Assembly: GCA_043721195.1 (NCBI GenBank)
Contig: JAYSRF010000108.1
Location: 21,341-85,340 of the forward strand
DNA length: 64,000 bases
Direction of reading: 5' to 3'
DNA from: Fluviicola sp.
GTDB lineage: Bacteria > Bacteroidota > Bacteroidia > Flavobacteriales_D > Crocinitomicaceae
The notes below the pieces were generated by a model that was given only the letters and a program-made list of their open reading frames with translations, did no database searches and was not told the origin of the DNA. The translations under genes were made by a program, and so were the position numbers. This document shows, one piece after another, positions 47,391 to 57,152 of this stretch (its first letter is position 1; every line of letters starts with the position of its first letter).

Positions 47391-49454
47391 TCAGCGAATC
47401 TCTCCGCCTGCTTCAAATCCTTTTTCAGGAATCATGAAACTCAATTTACCTTCGGCATCTTCCGCCATTAAAATCATTCCTTGTGATTCTACTCCACGAA
47501 TTTTGCGAGGAGCCAAGTTCATTAATACAGCCACCGTTTTACCAATCACTTCTTCTGGTGCATAATGTTCTGCAATCCCAGAAACAATGGTGCGTTGATC
47601 TAATCCAGTATCAACTGTCAACTGCAATAATTTATCGGCTTTTGGAACACGAATAGCATCCAGAATTGTTCCCAAACGGATATCCATTGCAGAAAAATCA
47701 TCAAACGAAACCGCTTCTTTTTGTGGAACAGCTGTACTCGCTTCTGGTTGTGTTGCATGTAAAAATGCGACTTCTGCTGCCACCATTTCATCGTCAATTT
47801 TCTGAAATAAAATAGTTGGAACAGCCGTTTTGTGACCAGCTTCTACCAATAATTCACCTCCAGCTGACCAATCTTGTGGTTCGATGTTCATAAATCCACG
47901 AATTTTTTCAGCTGTAGCTGGTAAGAACGGATCCAACACCAATCCAAGATTTGCGGTAATCTGCAACGCCACATACATAATGGTTTCAACGCGTTTTGGA
48001 TCTGTTTTTGCCAATTTCCACGGTTCGTTATCTGCCAAGTATTTATTTCCAATGCGCGCCAATTGCATGGCTTCTGCCTGTGCGTCGCGCAATTTGTATA
48101 GATAAACTAAATCTGCAATTCGCTGTGGAATGGCTTTCATATCTGCTAAAACGGCACGATCTGTTTCGGTCAATTCACCACAAGCTGGTACTTTTCCATC
48201 GTAGTATTTTTGTGTCAAAACAAGTGCACGATTCACAAAATTCCCTAGAATGTCTGCCAATTCATTGTTGACACGTGCTTGGTATTCTTTCCAAGTAAAT
48301 TCTGAATCTTTTGTTTCAGGAGCAATACACGTTAGGGTGTATTTTAACTCATCTATTTTATCGGGGTAACGTTCCAAGTATTCATGCAACCAAACTGCCC
48401 AGTTGCGAGAGGTAGAAAATTTATCGCCTTCTAAGTTCAGGAATTCGTAAGCTGGAACATTGTCTGGCAAGATAAAATTACCGTGGTCTTTCAATAAAAT
48501 TGGGAATATGATTGCATGAAAAACGATGTTGTCTTTTCCAATAAAATGCACCAATTTTCGATCATTGGTTCCATCTGTTACCCAATAATCTTCCCAGTTT
48601 TTGCCGTTGTCCAATGCCCATTGTTTGGTAGCAGAAATGTAACCAATTGGCGCATCCAACCACACATACAATACTTTTCCATCTGCACCTTCGAGTGGAA
48701 CAGGAACTCCCCAATCCAAATCGCGGGTCATAGCACGTGGACGCAAACCGCCATCAATCCACGATAAACATTGACCAATTACTTGATTTCGCCAAGGTTT
48801 TGGATCGTGTTGTTGTACACCATCTAACATTCCTTCTTTGATCCAAGGACGCAACCATTCTTCATGACGTTCCATTGGCAAAAACCAATGAGAAGTGCTT
48901 TTTAGAATAGGCGATTTTCCACTCAAGGTAGAAACCGGGTTTTTTAAATCAGTTGGACTTAAAGCCGAGCCACATTTTTCACATTGATCGCCGTAAGCAC
49001 TTGGGTTGGCACAATTCGGGCATTCTCCAGTAATGTAGCGATCGGCTAAGAATTGTTGGTATTCTTCATCAAAATATTGTTCGGTAGTTTCTTCAATAAA
49101 CTTTCCTTTTGCCTCCAATACCTTGAAAAAGTCTTGAGCCGTTTCGTGGTGCAATTGCGATGAGGTACGGTGAAAAATATCAAACGAAATGTCAAATTGT
49201 TTGAAAGAATCACCAATGATTTGATTGTATTTATCAACGATTTCACGGGGTGTAATACCTTCTTTCTTTGCACGCAAGGTAATAGCAGCACCGTGTTCGT
49301 CCGAACCACAGATAAATGCCACATCGTGATTGTTTTTTCGCAAAAATCGAACGAAAATATCGGCTGGAAGGTAAACTCCCGCAACATGTCCGAGGTGAAG
49401 AGGTCCGTTTGCATACGGCAATGCTGCTGTAACGGTATATTTGGCTTTACTCAT
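47391..49454 (-). CDS. metG: Methionine--tRNA ligase with C-terminal tRNA-binding domain
   Basis: [20 protein letters not shown], Zn knuckle CPNC...CEKC, KFSTS, C-terminal DIRLGTI...ESQGMIL. Confidence 0.98.
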   Translation of the reverse strand: MSKAKYTVTAALPYANGPLHLGHVAGVYLPADIFVRFLRKNNHDVAFICGSDEHGAAITLRAKKEGITPREIVDKYNQIIGDSFKQFDISFDIFHRTSSQLHHETAQDFFKVLEAKGKFIEETTEQYFDEEYQQFLADRYITGECPNCANPSAYGDQCEKCGSALSPTDLKNPVSTLSGKSPILKSTSHWFLPMERHEEWLRPWIKEGMLDGVQQHDPKPWRNQVIGQCLSWIDGGLRPRAMTRDLDWGVPVPLEGADGKVLYVWLDAPIGYISATKQWALDNGKNWEDYWVTDGTNDRKLVHFIGKDNIVFHAIIFPILLKDHGNFILPDNVPAYEFLNLEGDKFSTSRNWAVWLHEYLERYPDKIDELKYTLTCIAPETKDSEFTWKEYQARVNNELADILGNFVNRALVLTQKYYDGKVPACGELTETDRAVLADMKAIPQRIADLVYLYKLRDAQAEAMQLARIGNKYLADNEPWKLAKTDPKRVETIMYVALQITANLGLVLDPFLPATAEKIRGFMNIEPQDWSAGGELLVEAGHKTAVPTILFQKIDDEMVAAEVAFLHATQPEASTAVPQKEAVSFDDFSAMDIRLGTILDAIRVPKADKLLQLTVDTGLDQRTIVSGIAEHYAPEEVIGKTVAVLMNLAPRKIRGVESQGMILMAEDAEGKLSFMIPEKGFEAGGEIR

Positions 49455-49473
49455 GAGATCGTGTACTATGGCG

Positions 49474-49481
49474 CAAAATTA
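49474..49481 (-). promoter_or_regulatory. -7 promoter element of metG
   Basis: TAATTTTG on the minus strand, 20 nt upstream of the ATG. Confidence 0.6.
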
Positions 49482-49505
49482 ACAGGAAAACCTAAACTAA
49501 TTGGG

Positions 49506-49669
49506 AATTGAAAATGGAAAATTGACTTTAAAGAGAAGACGGTAGACTTAAGACGAGAGACTAAAGACTAAAAATTAGGTATTTCTACCAATCTTTAGTC
49601 TTAAAGCGAAGCGGTCTCAAGTCTATTGTCTTAAGTCTAAAGTGCAAAACTAATTTTCAATTTTCAATT
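49506..49669. repeat. Nested imperfect palindrome built from ~7-nt repeats
   Basis: Three arm pairs: 49506-23/49652-69, 49543-54/49628-39 (perfect 12 bp), 49558-67/49592-601 (perfect 10 bp). Confidence 0.85.
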
Positions 49670-49699
49670 CTGAATTTTCAATTCTATTACCTTTATTCC

Positions 49700-51163
49700 A
49701 TGCAAACCCCAACGGAGTATTTTACCCTCAAACAAGTAGCTGATTCCATTCGCAAGACAATTGCTGAACGGTACAACCGCACGTATTGGGTAACGGCCGA
49801 AATGCACAAGCTCAATCAAACCAGAAAAGGACATTGTTATCCTGAATTGGTGCAAAAAGAAAACGATCTGATTGTAGCTGAAATGCGGGGAACCATTTGG
49901 AAAGGTCAATTTGACAAAATCCAACAGCGTTTTATGGAGATCGTCAAAGAACCGTTGCGCGATGGATTGGAATTATTGTTTCAAGTGCGAATTGTTTACC
50001 ATCCTATTTACAATTTGGGGCTGGAAATCATCGACATTGATCCAACATATACGTTGGGAGCATTGCACCGAGAAAGGCAAGAAACACTCGAGCGTTTAAA
50101 CAAGGAAGGTGTTTTGAATGCCAATCAACAACTGGAAATGGCGTTATTGCCGAAACGGTTGGCGGTTATTTCTCAAGCGGATAGTAAAGGTTATTCCGAT
50201 TTCTCTTTGTTATTAAACGGTCATCCTAAAAAATACCATTTCAACACTTTTTTGTTTGAAGCCACCTTACAAGGCGATGCTGCAATTGCTTCAATTACCA
50301 ATCAATTAAAACGCATTGAACAGATCAAAGAACATTTTGATGCAGTTGTCATTATTCGTGGTGGTGGTGGTGAAATTGGGATGCATTGCTACAATAATTA
50401 TGAGTTAGCAAAAAAAATCGCGACTTTTCCTTTACCGATTCTTACTGGAATTGGACATTCAACCAATATGACGGTGTGCGAAATGGTAGCATTTAACAAT
50501 GGCATTACACCTTCCGATTTAGCGTATTATTTTCTGCGCATTTTCGAAGAATTGGATGTTCCCTTGGACGAAGCCTTGATTCTACTTCCGCAAAAAACAA
50601 AGCAATTGTTACAGCATATTTCTGTTACGTTTGATCAAACTGCAAAAGATTTTCAAAGCATAACCCGTCAAGTATTAAGCGCACACCAAGCCACAACTGC
50701 TTCGATGGTAAAAGATTTTCAGCGGGTAACGGCACTTGCGGTAAAAAGTCAGTACAATACACTTGATAATAGTGGAAATCTTTTGCGCTCGTATGCTCAA
50801 CAATTGGTACACTCATCCGGTATGCGTTTGGAAAACTTGAGAACAACAGTTGGTATTCATTCAAAAAATCAAACAAACAAGCACCGACAATTATTGGCAC
50901 AGAAGCACCAACAATTAATGGGTCGCATGCAGCCTTTCTTTGAGCGCGAAGCAACCCGATTGGAGACCATTTCCCGCAATTTGCAATTTGTTGATCCAAT
51001 CCATGTGTTAAAACGTGGTTACTCAATTGTTACAAATGAAAAAGGCGTTATTTCAGCGAACAATATTCCCGAAAAAGGAAGTGAATTGCGCATTATTCAA
51101 GCGGATTTAAGTGTAATTGCGGAAACAACGTCCGTTTCAATTGAACAAGAAGGGGAAAAATAA
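49700..51163 (+). CDS. xseA: Exodeoxyribonuclease VII large subunit
   Basis: OB-fold YWVTAE...GHCYPEL; ATLQGDAA, IIRGGGG, TGIGHSTN, ITPS, LKRGYS. Confidence 0.93.
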   Translation: MQTPTEYFTLKQVADSIRKTIAERYNRTYWVTAEMHKLNQTRKGHCYPELVQKENDLIVAEMRGTIWKGQFDKIQQRFMEIVKEPLRDGLELLFQVRIVYHPIYNLGLEIIDIDPTYTLGALHRERQETLERLNKEGVLNANQQLEMALLPKRLAVISQADSKGYSDFSLLLNGHPKKYHFNTFLFEATLQGDAAIASITNQLKRIEQIKEHFDAVVIIRGGGGEIGMHCYNNYELAKKIATFPLPILTGIGHSTNMTVCEMVAFNNGITPSDLAYYFLRIFEELDVPLDEALILLPQKTKQLLQHISVTFDQTAKDFQSITRQVLSAHQATTASMVKDFQRVTALAVKSQYNTLDNSGNLLRSYAQQLVHSSGMRLENLRTTVGIHSKNQTNKHRQLLAQKHQQLMGRMQPFFEREATRLETISRNLQFVDPIHVLKRGYSIVTNEKGVISANNIPEKGSELRIIQADLSVIAETTSVSIEQEGEK

Positions 51164-51281
51164 TCCCTTCTAAGATTTAAAGTCGAACTGAGATCATATA
51201 TCTTGATGATGACTAGTCATCTAATTTCATTCAAGGCTTTTCCAATAAAATTGTTTCATTTGATCTTCATTCAAAATAGAA

Positions 51282-51878
51282 TCATGAACGTGCAAACGCT
51301 AATAGAGGAGCTAAATCACCTTTGTCTGCTATTTTTATAGCTTGAAGGTAAGCTGACCTCGTATCAGATTGTTTGGATAAATTGCCTGCACCCCATGTAA
51401 ACACAGGCTGTTTATATAGTTTCTCAATGATAATATCTGCCATTAATCGACTGTGCCTACCGTTTCCATTCGGGAAACAATGTATACTCACTATTCGGTG
51501 TTTAAATCTTATTGCTAATTCATCGGGGTTATAAGTGTTGTTTTCCATCCAGTAGATGGCATCATCTAGTAGATTTGCAAGTTCAGTTGGGATCTGCCAT
51601 CTATCAATTCCTAGATTTTTATTGGTTTTTCTGAATTCGCCTGCCCAAGCCCATACATTGGCATACATACGTTTATGTACATTACGGATAAACACCTCTG
51701 TGAAGAGTACTGATGGTTTGAATGATTGCTTTAATACCCATAAAATCGCTTCTTCGATATTTTGCTGCTCAAACTCATCTAATTCACTGCGGGTGGCAAT
51801 GGAAGCAATGAGCAACCCGCTTTTTTCCTCTTCATCTATAGGAGTTTGACCATCAATGTATTTTAAATCTAATCCCAT
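51282..51878 (-). CDS. Mobile mystery protein B (Fic domain)
   Basis: GQTPIDEEE, LDEFEQQNI, VWAWAGEFRKT, Fic motif HCFPNGNGRHSR. Confidence 0.92.
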   Translation of the reverse strand: MGLDLKYIDGQTPIDEEEKSGLLIASIATRSELDEFEQQNIEEAILWVLKQSFKPSVLFTEVFIRNVHKRMYANVWAWAGEFRKTNKNLGIDRWQIPTELANLLDDAIYWMENNTYNPDELAIRFKHRIVSIHCFPNGNGRHSRLMADIIIEKLYKQPVFTWGAGNLSKQSDTRSAYLQAIKIADKGDLAPLLAFARS

Positions 51879-52327
51879 AAAATTTTAGGCATTTCGTTTT
51901 TAATTTCTGCTGTTCGTTCTTTAATGGCTTTTTCTATGCGCATTTTGGAGTTAGCTTGATCTTCAAGATTCATCGTTTGGGAAGTCCGCATGACAATTTT
52001 CATGGCCAATTCAGTGGCTCGTTTTTCAATCAAAGCCTCCAATGATCCGTCATTTGGCACAAAACCATATACCAATTGCATATCCAATACTCTACCTATT
52101 TCTCTTAACGAATTGATGGTAATGGTACCATCTTGTTCCCGCGTTTCAATTTTTTGAACACCTTGTTTAGAAACAGAAAGCTTGTTGCCTAATTGCAACA
52201 TTGACATTCCAAGAGCAGTACGAATAGCTTTTATCCAACCTGTAGGGGGAACATTCACTTGTTTTAGTGAAGAAAAGCCCAACATTTTGTCATTGATCTG
52301 TTGCAGTTGTAACGATTTTTTACCCAT
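51869..52327 (-). CDS. Mobile mystery protein A (XRE-type HTH)
   Basis: PPTGWIKAIRTALGMSMLQLGNKL...ITINSL...MQLVYGFVP; MNLEDQ; overlaps the Fic gene. Confidence 0.92.
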   Translation of the reverse strand: MGKKSLQLQQINDKMLGFSSLKQVNVPPTGWIKAIRTALGMSMLQLGNKLSVSKQGVQKIETREQDGTITINSLREIGRVLDMQLVYGFVPNDGSLEALIEKRATELAMKIVMRTSQTMNLEDQANSKMRIEKAIKERTAEIKNEMPKILWD

Positions 52328-52330
52328 AAA

Positions 52331-52412
52331 GTAAACTTATATGTTGACATATTTGAACAAAAGTAAACATATTAGTTGACTTATTTACAAAAAAGTAAAG
52401 TTATATGTTTAC
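52331..52412. promoter_or_regulatory. Three phased palindromic operator-like boxes upstream of mobile mystery A
   Basis: GTAAACTTATATGTTGAC (52331), GTAAACATATTAGTTGAC (52363), GTAAAGTTATATGTTTAC (52395); exact 32-bp period. Confidence 0.75.
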
Positions 52413-52551
52413 TTTTTTGTTTCTTCTGTCAAGTTATAGCTTGACCAAGAACTCAAGTTATTGCTAAATCACCAAAAATAGCAAGTACATATATGAAATC
52501 TTTATAGACTTCAAACATGATTATTCACAGCAATCCTTTTAATGCTAGTCT

Positions 52552-53190
52552 CTATTGCCCAATCGCATAACCCAAGCCAAAACCGCCACCAAAACTCCAA
52601 CCCATTCCAGCAACTTTACGCGTTTCAATAAACGAGTTCAACGTGAAATTAGAATACGTCAAGTAAGTAGCTTTAAAACCAAACGACATCGCGTATTTAA
52701 ACTTGTTGATATTTGTATTCTTATTCCGAACATAATCAAGACCGAGTACATTCGCATAGGGCGATAAATCCCATTTATACGAAATCGGAATGTGAAAACT
52801 AATTCCATCTGGTGCAGCTAGAATCAAGATTCCAAGCGCAATACCTAATGGACCGTAGTTAAAAGTCGAATTATCCGGATCATTGTTGTTAACACTATTT
52901 GATAAACTCGCAAGGACCCCAATCAAGATCAATGGTGGACCAGCCAGCGCACCAACAGAAGTGTGGAATTGACGAATATTATCGTTGCGAAATAGCAAAT
53001 CAAAATTGTAATTCAAACCAATGTATTCATTCACAAAATATTCACCAGAAATAGAATAATTGCTAAATCGAGCGGTATCTACAACTCCATAACTGTATTT
53101 CGCAAATACATGACCTTCACCTTCTGTCAATTGCGCATTACTAGTGGTTGCAATGAAAAAAAGAAAATGTGCTAAAATCCATCTAATCAT
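52552..53190 (-). CDS. Exported/outer membrane hypothetical protein
   Basis: Signal peptide ending SNAQ; amphipathic strands and a Gly-rich terminal strand; internal hydrophobic hairpin. Confidence 0.65.
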   Translation of the reverse strand: MIRWILAHFLFFIATTSNAQLTEGEGHVFAKYSYGVVDTARFSNYSISGEYFVNEYIGLNYNFDLLFRNDNIRQFHTSVGALAGPPLILIGVLASLSNSVNNNDPDNSTFNYGPLGIALGILILAAPDGISFHIPISYKWDLSPYANVLGLDYVRNKNTNINKFKYAMSFGFKATYLTYSNFTLNSFIETRKVAGMGWSFGGGFGLGYAIGQ

Positions 53191-53302
53191 AATACAACGA
53201 ATTTACTGTCAAAAAGGCAAATTTTGAAATTTGAACATAAAATTTAAATAAGTCCGATTCATTCAACTGATAAAAATCAGGTTATGATTCAAACCTTCGG
53301 TG

Positions 53303-53310
53303 TATTTTTG
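53303..53310 (+). promoter_or_regulatory. -7 promoter element of the SCO gene
   Basis: TATTTTTG followed by CAG, 17 nt before the ATG. Confidence 0.6.
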
Positions 53311-53327
53311 CAGAAATACATTGGTTT

Positions 53328-53981
53328 ATGCGTGTCATTATTGTAGGAATTATTGCCATTATCGGAATCATCACTGCTTATATGATGACCAAACCATCGG
53401 ATGAAAAGGCGTTACCTATTATCAACCCGATTGATGTCAACGAAGAAATGGTAGATCGGGATTTGGTGCGACAAGGGTTTGGTCATAAAATTGGTTTGTT
53501 CTCTTTTACGGATCAAACTAATCAAGCTTATGGATTAAAAGATGTCAAAGGGAAGGTTTTTGTGGCTGAATATTTTTTCACCAATTGCGGTACGATTTGT
53601 CCCAAAATGACCGCTCAAATGGAACGTGTACAACAACGATTCAATGGAAACAATGAATTGAAAATCCTAAGTTTTACGGTCGATCCAACCAATGACACGG
53701 TGGCAAGAATGGCTGAATACGCCAAACTACACAAAGTCAACAATAAACAATGGCATTTTCTCACGGGCACGCAAGAAGAATTGTACCGCATTGCACGCCG
53801 TTATTTTTTCATCTTAAAACCTGCGGAAGTAAAAAACCAAGGGGATGTAGGCTCGGATTTTATCCATACAAACAATTTTGTGCTAGTTGATAAACAACAG
53901 CGTATTCGTGGTTATTATGATGGTACTTCAGAAAAAGAAGTCGATCAACTTATGAAAGATATTGAACGCTTGCTCGAATAG
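53328..53981 (+). CDS. SCO family copper chaperone
   Basis: FFTNCGTICP (CxxxC), SFTVDP, FIHTNNFVLVD, RIRGYYDG. Confidence 0.93.
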   Translation: MRVIIVGIIAIIGIITAYMMTKPSDEKALPIINPIDVNEEMVDRDLVRQGFGHKIGLFSFTDQTNQAYGLKDVKGKVFVAEYFFTNCGTICPKMTAQMERVQQRFNGNNELKILSFTVDPTNDTVARMAEYAKLHKVNNKQWHFLTGTQEELYRIARRYFFILKPAEVKNQGDVGSDFIHTNNFVLVDKQQRIRGYYDGTSEKEVDQLMKDIERLLE

Positions 53982-54066
53982 TTTATTTGTTTCCAGTATT
54001 TGAAAGCTCTTTTCATACTGTATCTAAAAATTCTCGCTATTTTTCCCGCTGTAAACTCGTGCTTAT

Positions 54067-55923
54067 ATGGAAAAAAAGACCGCTCCAACCAATTATGGTG
54101 CTCTAACAACACTTACAACTGTTTTCTTCTTTTGGGGATTTATCGCTGCTGGAAATAGCATCTTTATCCCTTTTTGCAAGCATTTTTTCCATTTAGATCA
54201 GTTTCAAAGTCAGCTCATTGATTTCGCATTTTATGGTGCGTATTACCTAGGAGCATTGAGTCTTTTCATTTTCAGTTCTCGGTCTGGTAAAGACTTGGTT
54301 TTAAGTTGGGGGTATAAAAAAAGTATTGTTTATGGCTTACTTTTTTCTGCAATTGGCGCAGTAGCAATGATCATTTCCGTTTATGCCAATGTCTTTGCTG
54401 GAATGCTTTTCGGACTATTCGTTGTGGCATTGGGTTTTTCACTGCAACAAACAGCCGCCAATCCGTTCATGATTTCGCTTGGTGATGAAGCAACTGGTAG
54501 CAATCGCATCAATTTGGGTGGAGGAATTAACAGTTTAGGAACAACCATCGGGCCGGTCTTGGTCGCATTTGCATTGTTTGGAACAGCCGCAACAGTTAGT
54601 GACGACATGATTGCTAGCTTAAGTTTGACGAAAGTAATCATCCTTTATGCAGTTGTCGGATGCTTATTTTTAGGTGTGGCTGCACTCTTTGGATTTTCCA
54701 AAAAAGTACCTTCAGGAAAGCTAGAAACCATTGTTGGTGAAGCTGAAAGCGGTAAAACAGATGCTGCAAAAAAGACGATGGTTGCTTTCATTGTGATTAC
54801 TGGATTACTTATTGGCTGTTTTGCCCCCGTTTTTGCTACGTATGCTTCAAAAGAAGCGAAGGAAATTGTAAAATTGGAAAAAAGCGTTGAACCAACGACC
54901 AAAAAGATCAATCAATTCAATGATAGTATTGCTGAAATTTCACACAATGATGCGCTTTCTTCAGCGTCGAAGAGAATGCAAACAATCGGTTTATTGCAGA
55001 AAAAAGGACAATTGGAAAATTCAATTAGTTCAGTTACTACACAGATAAAATCCATTAAAGCTCCATTAGAAAAGACACGCATGTATTGGCTCACAGGTGC
55101 GTTATTGGTCGTACTTGGTGGAATTCTACTTGCCAATTCATTTGCTCGAAAAAATGCTGAAGGTTGGGGAGCAATGAAATATCCGCAACTCAGTTTGGGC
55201 ATGATTGCCATCTTCGTTTACGTAGGTGTAGAAGTAGCGATCGGAAGTAACTTGGGTGAATTATTGAAACAAAGAAATTTTGGAGGTTATTCATCTTCTC
55301 AAATCACACCTTTTGTCTCGATGTTTTGGGGAAGTTTGATGATAGGACGTTGGTCTGGCGCTGTCAATGCCTTTGATTTGACGAAAAAAGTCAAAATGAT
55401 CCTCAAATTCATTGTCCCTTTTGTGGCATTTGCCATCATCTTAGGTGTTTCAAAATCCTTTGGCTACAAAATTGATTCATTGTATTGGTATGTTTTATGT
55501 GTCATTCTACAAGTCATTGCCTTTTACTTTACGGACGATAAACCCGCACGATCATTGGCTGTTTTTGGGTTTTTAGGATTATTCGCAGTGCTCATTGGAT
55601 TGTTAACAACTGGAAACGTAGCAATCTATGCATTCCTAAGTGCTGGATTATTTTGCTCCATTATGTGGCCATGTATTTTCTCCTTATCGCTTGCTGGACT
55701 TGGAAAATACCAAGCTCAAGGTTCTGCGTTTTTGGTCATGATGATTTTAGGAGGCGCCATTATCCCTCCGTTACAAGGTAAACTATCTGATATCATTGGA
55801 ATTCAATCATCATTTGTAGTGGGGGCAATGTGTTTTCTCTATATTACTTTCTTTGCCATTTTTGTGAACCGTTTGTTGAAAAAGCAAGGTGTTTCACTCG
55901 ATACTGCAGGGGCAAGTCATTAG
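54067..55923 (+). CDS. FucP-like MFS sugar transporter with an extra inserted domain
   Basis: FFFWGFI, LQQTAANP, RINLGGGINSLGTTIGP, YVGVEV, SIMWPCIF, MMILGGAIIP. Confidence 0.88.
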   Translation: MEKKTAPTNYGALTTLTTVFFFWGFIAAGNSIFIPFCKHFFHLDQFQSQLIDFAFYGAYYLGALSLFIFSSRSGKDLVLSWGYKKSIVYGLLFSAIGAVAMIISVYANVFAGMLFGLFVVALGFSLQQTAANPFMISLGDEATGSNRINLGGGINSLGTTIGPVLVAFALFGTAATVSDDMIASLSLTKVIILYAVVGCLFLGVAALFGFSKKVPSGKLETIVGEAESGKTDAAKKTMVAFIVITGLLIGCFAPVFATYASKEAKEIVKLEKSVEPTTKKINQFNDSIAEISHNDALSSASKRMQTIGLLQKKGQLENSISSVTTQIKSIKAPLEKTRMYWLTGALLVVLGGILLANSFARKNAEGWGAMKYPQLSLGMIAIFVYVGVEVAIGSNLGELLKQRNFGGYSSSQITPFVSMFWGSLMIGRWSGAVNAFDLTKKVKMILKFIVPFVAFAIILGVSKSFGYKIDSLYWYVLCVILQVIAFYFTDDKPARSLAVFGFLGLFAVLIGLLTTGNVAIYAFLSAGLFCSIMWPCIFSLSLAGLGKYQAQGSAFLVMMILGGAIIPPLQGKLSDIIGIQSSFVVGAMCFLYITFFAIFVNRLLKKQGVSLDTAGASH

Positions 55924-56162
55924 TTTTTTTCGAGCTTGGTAAATTTCATTTTTTGAACAACTTGCGTGCGACGCTCAACTAAAAAATCAATAAAAAAAAA
56001 GAAATCTGTCTTATTCTATTTCTGTGTTTTACGATTTCGAGCGAAGGACCGCCCCTTAATGACCTTTTTATCAATGAATTAATCCATTTTTTCAGCACAA
56101 ACTACAACTATCTAAATTCAATCTAAATAAGAACTAATCTTCCGTTGGTTTGTTATACCTAT

Positions 56163-56170
56163 TAAATTTG
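56163..56170 (+). promoter_or_regulatory. -7 promoter element of sdhCAB
   Basis: TAAATTTG followed by CG, 28 nt before the sdhC ATG. Confidence 0.65.
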
Positions 56171-56198
56171 CGAATCGTTAGATCAATAAAAATAAAAC

Positions 56199-57125
56199 AT
56201 GAGTAAATCGGCAATTTTGAAATCATCCATCGCCAAAAAGTATTGGATGGCATTGACGGGACTGTTTCTATGTACCTTTCTTATCGGACACTTGATTGGA
56301 AATCTTCAATTGATTTTCATTCACGGCGAAGAAGGCAGAAGAGCTTTCAACGAATATGCGTACTTCATGCAGCACAATATCTTTATTAAGATTCTGTCGT
56401 ATGTAACGTATATCTCCATTCTTTTCCACGCAATCGATGGATTGGCGTTGGCAGTTCAAAACAAAAAGGCGCGTCCGCAAAAATATGCTTACAACAACCC
56501 AGGAGCAAATTCTTCTACAGCATCTCGCCAAATGGCGTTGTTGGGAAGTATTATCCTCATTTTCATTGTAACTCACATGGTGAATTTCTGGGCGAAAATG
56601 CACTTTGATCATATTCCGTTGCACGAAACGTCTAAAACGGTTGAAATTACACTTGGACAAGACCCAACTACTGGACAGGCTATAAAACGAAGCATCGATG
56701 TTTCTTATTACCTCACTACAAAGGGTGATTTCAAAGAATATTCCTATGAAGATCCTGAAACTGGTGAAAAGGAAGAAACACTCATTCTAAAAAATGAAAC
56801 GGAGATTTTTGATAAAAAAACTGATTTAAAAATCGGTGAAGGTTACAAAGATTTACATTCAGAAGTGCTGGCATTCTTTGGTCAAGAAAATCCGACGGGG
56901 AAAACCAATTCATTGGCTTTAGTTGCAACCATTCTCTACGTCATTTCAATGTTGGTCATGGGTTTCCACTTATGGCATGGTTTCGCTTCGGCTTTCCAAA
57001 CATTGGGTTTACGTCACAAACGCTATACTCCCATCATTGGATTTGTAGGAAAAGCATTCGCGATTGTAGTTCCATTCGCATTTGCCATTATCCCAGTGTT
57101 GATTTACATTGGTTATACTAAATAA
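56199..57125 (+). CDS. sdhC: Succinate dehydrogenase/fumarate reductase cytochrome b subunit
   Basis: SSIAKKYWMALTGLFL, HLIGNL, HAIDG, FHLWHGFASAFQTLG. Confidence 0.92.
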   Translation: MSKSAILKSSIAKKYWMALTGLFLCTFLIGHLIGNLQLIFIHGEEGRRAFNEYAYFMQHNIFIKILSYVTYISILFHAIDGLALAVQNKKARPQKYAYNNPGANSSTASRQMALLGSIILIFIVTHMVNFWAKMHFDHIPLHETSKTVEITLGQDPTTGQAIKRSIDVSYYLTTKGDFKEYSYEDPETGEKEETLILKNETEIFDKKTDLKIGEGYKDLHSEVLAFFGQENPTGKTNSLALVATILYVISMLVMGFHLWHGFASAFQTLGLRHKRYTPIIGFVGKAFAIVVPFAFAIIPVLIYIGYTK

Positions 57126-57152
57126 TCAGATTCATATTTAAACGAAAAGGCT

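Noticed and set aside
55960-56070. Poly-A tract and GGACCGCCCC motif downstream of the MFS as a leader ORF or phase-variation site
   Set aside because: No ATG-initiated frame or link to a promoter spacer could be established
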